The notes beneath the pieces were generated by a model. The model did no database searches, had not been told where the DNA came from, and was given only the letters and a program-made list of their open reading frames with translations. A stretch of 64,000 nucleotides of DNA from Candidatus Nanohalarchaeota archaeon (GTDB lineage Archaea > Nanohalarchaeota > Nanosalinia > Nanosalinales > Nanosalinaceae): the NCBI GenBank assembly GCA_022729235.1, contig JALDAJ010000001.1, positions 928,001-992,000 of the forward strand. Direction: 5' to 3'. The position numbers and the translations under genes are program-made. This document shows, piece after piece, positions 56,728 to 64,000 of the stretch (the first letter of the stretch is position 1; each line of letters opens with the position of its first letter).

Positions 56728-57516
56728 ATGGCTGTCTCCAGCGAACATGGTGAAACTGATACACGCATCCTGAGTTTTGATGCCGGTGTCTACGTTGAAC
56801 AGGATTCTCCTGGTACACTCGATACCCTCTTGAACAGAGCTAGGTTCTACGCCGAACGCTTCAACAGTATACAGGCTATAATGGAGAGAGCGGAGACTGA
56901 GTACAGGGTCATCGCGTCCAACGAGGAGTGGAGCGAGGTCTACGGGCGTAACTCGGGAGAGTACGAGGAGGATAACCGGCAGGCGGAGAGGTCACTTGAA
57001 GAGTTCGAAAAACTGCTGGAGGACGAAATCGAACTTATCGAGCATTACGCTTCCTGGAGTGACGGTCCGAAGGATGCATTACACGAGGGCTTGATTACCT
57101 ACGCAGGGGTGCATGTCGCGACCGTGAATGAAAACCACTACCTTGACTACGAGGACGAGATAGACTTCCGGAACGTATCCGAGCTCCGCGCGTTCTCCGA
57201 GGGGAGCCTGATGAGAAATCCTTCTGATTATCCTCTCCAGGGAATGGTGGAGAGCTTTGATGAGGAGAAAGGGACTATCCACATGGTAATGGATACAGAC
57301 AACCTCTACGGTTTGCTGGAGAGGTTCCTTGACGGCGACAGCCTCTTCGAGATGCTGGATGACACTACCATTGCAGAGGAGGAAAAGGATAAAGTGAGGA
57401 TAGAACACGAGGCTTATGAGAGCGAGTTACCGGCGATATACGTGCGTAACCGTTTAAACGTGGACAGCGAGTTCGGCACCAATCACTGGGACAACGACCC
57501 GCGTTACATACACTAG
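56728..57516 (+). CDS. Hypothetical acidic protein
   Basis: 262-aa ORF. Confidence 0.7.
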   Translation: MAVSSEHGETDTRILSFDAGVYVEQDSPGTLDTLLNRARFYAERFNSIQAIMERAETEYRVIASNEEWSEVYGRNSGEYEEDNRQAERSLEEFEKLLEDEIELIEHYASWSDGPKDALHEGLITYAGVHVATVNENHYLDYEDEIDFRNVSELRAFSEGSLMRNPSDYPLQGMVESFDEEKGTIHMVMDTDNLYGLLERFLDGDSLFEMLDDTTIAEEEKDKVRIEHEAYESELPAIYVRNRLNVDSEFGTNHWDNDPRYIH

Positions 57517-57579
57517 TTACCGGAACTCCCAGACTTCTGCGGGGAAGTTTGATAAATAGAGTAGAGAAATCCGCGGTTT

Positions 57580-58251
57580 ATGAGCTACAAGTTATCGCCG
57601 TCGCGGATCAACCTGTTCTTCGAGTGCAAAAGGTGTTTCTGGCTGAGGGTTAACGAGAAAGTGAAGAGACCGAGCGGTCCGTTCCCGTCACTACCCAGCG
57701 GGATGGACCGGGAGATAAAGGAGCACTTCGACCGTTTCCGCAGTAATGGCGGGACGCCCCCGGAACTTGAAGAGGCGGATATCGATGCAGAGCCCCTGGA
57801 AGATAAAGAGTTCCTGGAGAAGGCGCGGTCGTGGAGGTCGGAGCCGAAATGGAAGGATCCGGAGACCGGCGCCGTACTGAGAGGCGGGGTCGACGACCTG
57901 TTGAGAAGTGAGTCTGGCGATATCATAGTGATGGACTACAAGACCCGGGGCTACCCGCCGAAGCAGGATAACGGTGCGCCCGACTACTACAGGAGACAGG
58001 TCAACCTGTACAACTTGATACTCCGGGAGAACGGTTACGGTACCGAGGACTTCGGGCTTATACTTTACTACTATCCCGACCGCGTGTTAGAAAACGGCGA
58101 CTTCGTGTTCCACCGCGAATTAAGACGGGTAGAAGTGGACATTGAGAGGTCGAAAGGACTGGTCAGGAATGCAGTAGGAGTCCTTGACGGTGACATCCCG
58201 CCCCACAGTGGAGATTGCGATTTCTGTGGTTGGAACGCGGCAGGGCGCTAG
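57580..58251 (+). CDS. PD-(D/E)xK nuclease, solo Cas4/AddB-like
   Basis: LSPSRI..F.ECKRCFW, GGVDDL, DYKT, Q...Y, C-terminal CDFC. Confidence 0.88.
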   Translation: MSYKLSPSRINLFFECKRCFWLRVNEKVKRPSGPFPSLPSGMDREIKEHFDRFRSNGGTPPELEEADIDAEPLEDKEFLEKARSWRSEPKWKDPETGAVLRGGVDDLLRSESGDIIVMDYKTRGYPPKQDNGAPDYYRRQVNLYNLILRENGYGTEDFGLILYYYPDRVLENGDFVFHRELRRVEVDIERSKGLVRNAVGVLDGDIPPHSGDCDFCGWNAAGR

Positions 58252-58301
58252 AACAGACACGAGATTTTTATCTGTTTTCTAGTAACAACACATGTGGTAT
58301 A

Positions 58302-59657
58302 GTGGATAGGTTTGTCATAGAACTCGATCAGGAGGAGAAAGAGGAACTCTTCGAACTTGCGAGCTTTCACTTTACACGGCAGAAAGACCTCCTGGAAGCG
58401 ATAGATCTAGATAGGACGGTCCTTACTGAGCATCTTGAAGGCGACCTGGAAGCCATAGGCATTGACACTTTTGACAGATTACTGGGAATCGTCAATCGCT
58501 CAGCGCCCCGGTTCCCGCTTGACAACTCTGAAACCTACGTGGAAGATACTCTGAAACATCAGGGAGAGAAGAGGGTTAAGCTAGATGATGAGTTCCAGAG
58601 GTTCCTGTTCGAGCCCTACACGATAGCGGAGCTCGAAGATATCACGGGAAAATCAGAGCAGACCCTGATAAAGTACCGGAACAACACCGCAAAGACTGTC
58701 CCGCGCGAGAGCTATGAGGAACTACTAGAGGATACCATAGAACATTATAAAACAGTGATTAATCCCTCAGGAGATATCCATTTCAGGGGACCCCATAACA
58801 ACAGTTTCTGTGGAGAAGAGGATTCCTTTCTTGTGGATGGTGGACCGTTCGAAGTACAGACTATCAAACAGGTGAGAGAGTACCTGAGAGAGATAGAGGA
58901 CGAATCACCTTACCACTTCGGGATTCTTAAGAGTAAGTACGAGCACTTTGAAAGTGCCATAGAGAGGTTGGAAGAAGGAAAATCATATATAAAAGCCAGA
59001 GATAAATCTGAGGGGAAATTCTTCAGAGCTCTATCAGAACTTGGTCTAACGGAGAGATGGGGAGGTAAAGAATCTCCTTGGATGATGATCACAGAACCAT
59101 ATGTCTATGAAGTTGTGAAGAAGGAAGTTGAGGAGTTCATAGACGAGGAGGAAAACAGCTTTATCACCTACACAGTAGAAGAGCTACGTCAGACCGTCCA
59201 AGAGGCTTCAAAAGAAAGTGGCGATTCTCTGACCCGCGAAGGTTTTGACGAATGGGTCGATGAACAAGATGAAGATTATCCTAAGAGCCGCACAGTCAAT
59301 GACAAACTCGGATGGCGCAATGCGCTCCAGGAAATAGGACAGAAACCTTCTATAAGAGAATATGACCGCGATATTATCATCGATCAGTTGCTAGAGAAGA
59401 CACAAGAGCTAGGCTACGTCCCAACCATGACCGAGATCGATGAGGATTCCGAGATGTTCTCTAGAAGCACGATGAAAAGTCACGACTTCGACAGCTACGA
59501 TGACCTCCTGGAAGAGGCCGGCCTCTACACCAGAAAGAAGGTTGAAGAAAAGGTAGAGCCGTATGAAGAAATCGTAGAGGAGAGTATTGAGGACGATCCT
59601 TACTTTGTATCCCAGAGAGACAGCTCTCCACAGAAAGCCACTGTGTCATCTGAATAA
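58302..59657 (+). CDS. Protein with two C-terminal homing-endonuclease-associated (HNH_repeat-like) helical repeats
   Basis: YT.EEL...P.S.T....GW..AL..IG and YD.D.II..L...LG..PT..E.D...S..T...F.SY..LLE.AGL; start set at GTG 58302. Confidence 0.7.
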   Translation: MDRFVIELDQEEKEELFELASFHFTRQKDLLEAIDLDRTVLTEHLEGDLEAIGIDTFDRLLGIVNRSAPRFPLDNSETYVEDTLKHQGEKRVKLDDEFQRFLFEPYTIAELEDITGKSEQTLIKYRNNTAKTVPRESYEELLEDTIEHYKTVINPSGDIHFRGPHNNSFCGEEDSFLVDGGPFEVQTIKQVREYLREIEDESPYHFGILKSKYEHFESAIERLEEGKSYIKARDKSEGKFFRALSELGLTERWGGKESPWMMITEPYVYEVVKKEVEEFIDEEENSFITYTVEELRQTVQEASKESGDSLTREGFDEWVDEQDEDYPKSRTVNDKLGWRNALQEIGQKPSIREYDRDIIIDQLLEKTQELGYVPTMTEIDEDSEMFSRSTMKSHDFDSYDDLLEEAGLYTRKKVEEKVEPYEEIVEESIEDDPYFVSQRDSSPQKATVSSE

Positions 59658-59659
59658 CG

Positions 59660-59800
59660 CTAGTCCCTGGTTACAGGCGTGAAAACAGTATGGTTGCATT
59701 CCGGGCAGGAGCTTCTGTTGCCGCGGAACTCGTTGCCGCAGTTGTTGCACCTGTACTTCCTGCCCAGTATCTTCTCCTTGAGCCAGTCGGCTATGCCCAT
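59660..59800 (-). CDS. 46-aa zinc-ribbon micro-protein (not in ORF track)
   Basis: MGIADWLKEKILGRKYRCNNCGNEFRGNRSSCPECNHTVFTPVTRD. Confidence 0.8.
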   Translation of the reverse strand: MGIADWLKEKILGRKYRCNNCGNEFRGNRSSCPECNHTVFTPVTRD

Positions 59801-59824
59801 GTAACTGGTTTGGATTTCCCAGAT

Positions 59825-60466
59825 TTAAGTCATGGAGGCATCAGATACAAACCGGTCCTGCACCTGCAGTTCTTCCTGGCTTCTCAGTATACCGTAGTAG
59901 CTGTCCACTGAGTCCAGGAACCTGACCCGCTCCAGGAATACCGATTTGTCAACGAGCGGTTCAAGTTTATCCTGTGCGTAGCTGGAGATAACCGGTGTTG
60001 CGAGCGTTACTTCTTCCGGCGCTGCCTTTATGACCTGTCCGATGCACGCCGACATTTTGAGTCCTGAAGATACGCCGTCGTCTACTACGACGACTTTTTT
60101 ACCTTTCAGGCGTGGACGACCAGTCTTACCACGGTATTTTTCCAGCCTCTCCCTGACTCTTCCAAGTTCTTTATCTATCTCCTGAGAAAGGTATTCCTCA
60201 GTCACCATAAGCTCGTCTATGAGCTGGTCCTTGAGCCAGATAGTTCTGTCGTTCGAGACCGCCCCCATCGGTATCTCAGGTTCTCCCGGCGCGGATACTT
60301 TACCTGCGAGCACCATGTCGATAGGCACGTTCAGCCTTCTTGAAACATAGTCTCCTACCGGTATACCTCTCTTCGAGACCACGATGACCACGTCAGGTTT
60401 GATATTTTCGCTCTCTATTTTTTGTGCAAGTTTTTCCCCTGCCCCCATTCTGTCTTTGAACATCAT
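59825..60466 (-). CDS. Phosphoribosyltransferase-family protein
   Basis: FKDR..AG.KLA, VVVVDDGVSSG, ATPV. Confidence 0.88.
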   Translation of the reverse strand: MMFKDRMGAGEKLAQKIESENIKPDVVIVVSKRGIPVGDYVSRRLNVPIDMVLAGKVSAPGEPEIPMGAVSNDRTIWLKDQLIDELMVTEEYLSQEIDKELGRVRERLEKYRGKTGRPRLKGKKVVVVDDGVSSGLKMSACIGQVIKAAPEEVTLATPVISSYAQDKLEPLVDKSVFLERVRFLDSVDSYYGILRSQEELQVQDRFVSDASMT

Positions 60467-60652
60467 CGGTATCCATTTCTAATCTCTCTGAAGTTTAAAT
60501 GGGGTATTACAAGCCTAAACATGTTATAAAATGAATACAACAGTCTGGAGAAGCAAATATTCAAAAGACGATATATGTACATGATTTAACCCTTTTTGAA
60601 CCTGTTAGAAAATAAAATAAAGTATTAAAATACGTGTAATAGACTTTGACCG

Positions 60653-60757
60653 CTAGAACCTGGCGACAGCTATAGGATCGATCCGGACTGCCCGTCTTTC
60701 AGCCTCAAGCATACTCGCCTGCAGTTCGATCTCAAAATCCTTGAAGTTAGGACTCAT
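60653..60757 (-). CDS. 34-aa peptide (not in ORF track)
   Basis: GAGGTG SD then MSPNFKDFEIELQASMLEAERRAVRIDPIAVARF. Confidence 0.55.
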   Translation of the reverse strand: MSPNFKDFEIELQASMLEAERRAVRIDPIAVARF

Positions 60758-60923
60758 TTGTTACACCTCATTGATCTCTCAGTTTTTCCGGAGTTTTCAG
60801 ACATCATCCGCTATTCTTAGTTTAATTGGAAGCGTATAATAGGATTATTTCCCAAGAAAATATATTATAAACCACTACAATAAATTTAGAGTGTTCCTAG
60901 GGAGTAAAAACCCCCTAGACACA

Positions 60924-61205
60924 CTAATAATCTATTTCTCTCCCTTCGAAACAGTTCAAAAGCTCTATAAAGTTGTCCGCGTATTTTTCTCCCTTCGGAG
61001 TCAGGCTTAGAAGCTTTTTCCTCCCTGCTTTCTCGGTTTCGATGAGGCTTGCGTCCTCCATCTCCGATAATATTTTCACGGTATGGGCATAGGTAGTATC
61101 GATTTTCTTCGAAACCTTTGTCCCATATGTCTCTCCACGGTCCTGGCGTATGACCACGAGAGCCATAACAGGTTTCTCATTAAGGAAAAACGATTTTTCA
61201 TTCAT
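60924..61205 (-). CDS. Winged-helix (MarR-like) regulator
   Basis: KP..AL, Y...VSK.IDTTYAHTVKIL, GR.K...LT.KG; AGGAGGTGA SD. Confidence 0.85.
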   Translation of the reverse strand: MNEKSFFLNEKPVMALVVIRQDRGETYGTKVSKKIDTTYAHTVKILSEMEDASLIETEKAGRKKLLSLTPKGEKYADNFIELLNCFEGREIDY

Positions 61206-61218
61206 GATTTTTCACCTC

Positions 61219-61878
61219 CTACGTGTTGTTGTTAGGATTTTTTCCATAGTTGTTGATGATTTCAGTTGCAGCAGTGTTCCCTTCCAGTTCCTGGTCGTTC
61301 TTCTTTCCTTCAAGACCTAGTCCCAGGCACACACAGGCCACCTTGTTGGCACCAGCCCTGTAGAGTTCCTGGACTGCGTGCATCATTGAGGTCCCTGATA
61401 GCGTGATGTTGTCAGCCACTATCACATTCTTGCCTTCCACATCACCAGTGATGTCTATCGAGTCCTCAAGATTCAACACCTTCTTTCTAACAGAGTTGAT
61501 CTCATGGTTCTCCTCGATGTTCCTGTTCCTGAATATCACCTGGTCGTAGTCTATACTGCTGCCGTCAATCACTTCCTCGAACAGCTTCCTGAGATTCGTA
61601 TTGACTTCTCCCTCGGTGCTGGTCGGGTACAGCGTGAGGATGTCCCAGTTCTCACTGTCCTCCTCGAAGAGATGTTCGAAGAGATACTCCATCGAGCCTC
61701 TGAACTCTGCTCTTATATCCTCGTCGCCGTAGACGTAGAACCATATGAGTTTGCGGGAGAAATCATCTTCCCCCTTGGAGTCCCTGTCATAGTAGTCAAT
61801 CCCGAACACGTGGGCCTCCCGGTCATAGTGCTCGGATTCTGTTGGGCGGTACAGTATACTATCAATCATGAATATCAA
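61219..61878 (-). CDS. ComF-like phosphoribosyltransferase-fold protein
   Basis: GKNVIVADNITLSGTSM...L..AGA..V. Confidence 0.75.
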   Translation of the reverse strand: MIFMIDSILYRPTESEHYDREAHVFGIDYYDRDSKGEDDFSRKLIWFYVYGDEDIRAEFRGSMEYLFEHLFEEDSENWDILTLYPTSTEGEVNTNLRKLFEEVIDGSSIDYDQVIFRNRNIEENHEINSVRKKVLNLEDSIDITGDVEGKNVIVADNITLSGTSMMHAVQELYRAGANKVACVCLGLGLEGKKNDQELEGNTAATEIINNYGKNPNNNT

Positions 61879-62094
61879 CGCATTACTCTAATTCCCTACG
61901 CTGTACTTTTAACCATGTATATAGCAGACCACATATGTGATATTCATAGGTATCCTAGAGAAGGCGCTGCACCCTAGTTTTCTCATCGCCCTCCAGGGAG
62001 ATTTTTTCTTTAAAGAAAAGCTTGATACGTCGCTTATAACCTGTCTAAAAGCGATAAAGGTATAGAACATTATGGCTCTCACCTACATCTTAAT

Positions 62095-62994
62095 CTAGAT
62101 CGAATCGAGAGATATATCTGCAGCGAGTTCGTGACCGCCTCCGCCCCCAAATTCACCGTTATCATCTATTTCGTGATATCCACCGCATCCACCGCATTTC
62201 GCATACACGTCTCCATCATCACCAACTATCGTGTCGGGCTCTCCCGCGCCAGCCATATCATCCTGGTAACCTCCTTCACCATCTATCTCGGGTGCACGTA
62301 GCTCGACTGTTTCCTCGTCCATGTAGTCGTCTGCTGGCTCAAGTTCGCCACCGAACGTATCCGTGTCTGAAACAACTTCTCCCGATTCTTCGGCATGCTC
62401 TGCATAAGACTCTTCCATCCCGCTTTGATCATATACATCCATATCCCCTGACTCGCCAGGTTCTAGTAAATCATCGTATCCCTCTCCGCCAAAGACATCT
62501 ACTGTTCCCACTCCTGTCTCCGCCGTAAGTTCTTCGTAAGCTCCTGCAAGATCATCACCGTACTCATCGACTAATTCCTCAGCCGCGTACGATCCGTCTT
62601 CAAGCCCTTCAAGAAGTGCGTATGCTCCTTCCTGAGTTATATTTAGAGAGTCATAGACCTCCTCATCGACTTCCCCCTCTGCTATAGACTCCAGTATATC
62701 CTTCAGTTCTTCCTCGCTTTCAACGTCCCCTATCTCAATTTCTCCTAGCTCATCCGATGTATTGCTCTCGTCATCAGAATCCTCTTCATCCTCACTTTCA
62801 AAACTAAACTGACCTTCTTTACCATCCTTTTTTATCCTCTCCAGCAGCTCTTCCAGCTCTTCCTTACTAAACTCCTCGTCATCCAAATCCTCGAGATCCA
62901 GCTCTTCTAGCTCTTCTTCTATACCCATCAGTTCTTCCGAGGGCTCAAGAGACAAATCCTGGAAATTGTTAATAATTTGTGCGACCTCAGTCAT
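62095..62994 (-). CDS. Extremely acidic low-complexity protein with C-terminal CGGCGGYH motif
   Basis: D/E-dominated sequence. Confidence 0.75.
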   Translation of the reverse strand: MTEVAQIINNFQDLSLEPSEELMGIEEELEELDLEDLDDEEFSKEELEELLERIKKDGKEGQFSFESEDEEDSDDESNTSDELGEIEIGDVESEEELKDILESIAEGEVDEEVYDSLNITQEGAYALLEGLEDGSYAAEELVDEYGDDLAGAYEELTAETGVGTVDVFGGEGYDDLLEPGESGDMDVYDQSGMEESYAEHAEESGEVVSDTDTFGGELEPADDYMDEETVELRAPEIDGEGGYQDDMAGAGEPDTIVGDDGDVYAKCGGCGGYHEIDDNGEFGGGGGHELAADISLDSI

Positions 62995-63079
62995 TATTCG
63001 TTATTAAGAACCACATTATTTATTAATATAGCGGAGAGCCTGTTATTCTCCTTTATCCCGGTAAAATAGAAGGGAAATA

Positions 63080-64000
63080 TCAGCTGTAAGCCAGTTCCTT
63101 GCCTTCATGATCCGCCAGGAAACTCTGGTATTCCTGTTCGAGTTCTTCGTCAACATCGTACCTGAGCTCCTTTTCCTTCATACCTCCGTACGCCAGGAGC
63201 CCTACTCCAGCTCCTAACAACAGCCCTGCAGGACCTAACAAGCTGGCTCCCAATGTGTAGGTGAGCCCTCCTAGACCCATGATACCTGCCCCTGCCGCAC
63301 CATGCTTTCTTCCGCCAGAAAGCAGCTCGCTCATATCTTCAAGATCGTATTCTTCCTCCAGGACTATTTCTTCTCCAGTGATTTCATCGATATCATCCTT
63401 TATCTGCTCATACTGCTTTGCCCCTATATCCTCTATACTCAGATCAAGGTATCCTATCTCGCCACCCTGTCCCGCCTGATGTTCGTGATCATGGTCGTGA
63501 TCATGGTCGTGATCATGGTCGTGAGAACAGCCCTCATGATCATGCGCATGGTCTCCGTGATCATGGTCGTGACTGCATTCGCCATGACCGTGTTCATGAT
63601 CATCGTGACCATCCTCCGCATGTTCGTCGGCAGGCAGTTCTTCATCCTCTTCTAAATACTCCTCTGCAGGTTCTATGTCCACCTCCAGGCTTGGACTCTT
63701 GTATTTTGCCTCTCCATCACTATTTATCATGTGGAAGGAAAGCTCTGTTGACCCCGGCTCAACTCCCTTGAGTTCAAGCAGCTCCTCGTCTGGAAGCCAC
63801 TCGGTTTCTATCATGTCCTCATCTCCTGAACTCAGATACCCTACTTCCTCGTAAGGTACCTCGGCATCATATTCCGAGGCGTATTCGCTCTCATCAAATC
63901 CTGGTACCGCCTGATCAAACCCCAATCTGATATCCCCATCGACCTCCAGAGGCTTATCCGCCACAGGTCCGCTGTGCCAGTGATCTCCAGAGACCCCGCC
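63080..64000 (-). CDS. His/Asp-rich putative metal-binding membrane-anchored protein (5' end outside window)
   Basis: Frame open to the window edge (GGVSGDHWHSGPVADK...), HD-repeat tract, C-terminal TM pair. Confidence 0.75.
   Translation of the reverse strand, partial: GGVSGDHWHSGPVADKPLEVDGDIRLGFDQAVPGFDESEYASEYDAEVPYEEVGYLSSGDEDMIETEWLPDEELLELKGVEPGSTELSFHMINSDGEAKYKSPSLEVDIEPAEEYLEEDEELPADEHAEDGHDDHEHGHGECSHDHDHGDHAHDHEGCSHDHDHDHDHDHDHEHQAGQGGEIGYLDLSIEDIGAKQYEQIKDDIDEITGEEIVLEEEYDLEDMSELLSGGRKHGAAGAGIMGLGGLTYTLGASLLGPAGLLLGAGVGLLAYGGMKEKELRYDVDEELEQEYQSFLADHEGKELAYS
63484..63524. repeat. 12-bp tandem repeat (CGTGATCATGGT)x3+ encoding HDHD
   Basis: Seen directly; another unit near 63557. 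Confidence 0.85.

Noticed and set aside
54997-58303. Shared 12-mer ATGTGGTATAGT just before two start codons
   Set aside because: Two copies only, before unrelated genes; insufficient for a regulatory call.
60886-60926. Imperfect hairpin GTGT..CTAGGG/CCCTAG.ACAC
   Set aside because: Lies at the 3' end of the wHTH gene; most simply a terminator-like structure.
24-63771. Numerous antisense Ser-rich or Leu/Phe-rich ORFs in the track (e.g. 5626-6246, 22585-23241, 38145-38540)
   Set aside because: Shadow frames of Glu/Asp-rich genes on the opposite strand; no motifs.

Overview
Gene-dense archaeal chromosomal segment with a very acidic proteome, short intergenic spacers, TFB, class I LysRS and archaeal SAM synthetase. 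This fits an extreme halophile, most likely a DPANN Nanohaloarchaeon (inference). Housekeeping genes include glmS, lysS class I, an intron-containing tRNA-Leu(GAG), tRNA-Ala(GGC), nfi, tfb, a P-type ATPase, mat and uppS/GGR/ferredoxin. Two regions stand out. (1) At 22.1-32.7 kb, an apparent lysine regulon joins a second, class II LysRS, a membrane protein, dapA-dapB (DAP-route entry), an Lrp/LysM regulator, a complete LysW-carrier set (lysW/X/Y facing lysK/J/Z) and an unknown gene. A shared TWCGA-W3-TCGTA-like operator lies in all three divergent promoter regions, suggesting a possible hybrid DAP/LysW pathway. (2) At 44.1-52.9 kb, the last ~42 nt of a MazG-like gene occur three times as diverged in-frame alleles. 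They delimit stacked cargo blocks (Doc/antitoxin plus an NrtR-regulated NAD-salvage operon; one orphan gene; a restriction-modification system), which looks like a serial integration hotspot with no integrase in the window. Also seen: in-frame stops in the Doc-like and NAPRT genes, several unlisted micro-ORFs, a histone-fold-like protein and two candidate structured RNAs. All calls come from motif reading only; no searches were run.
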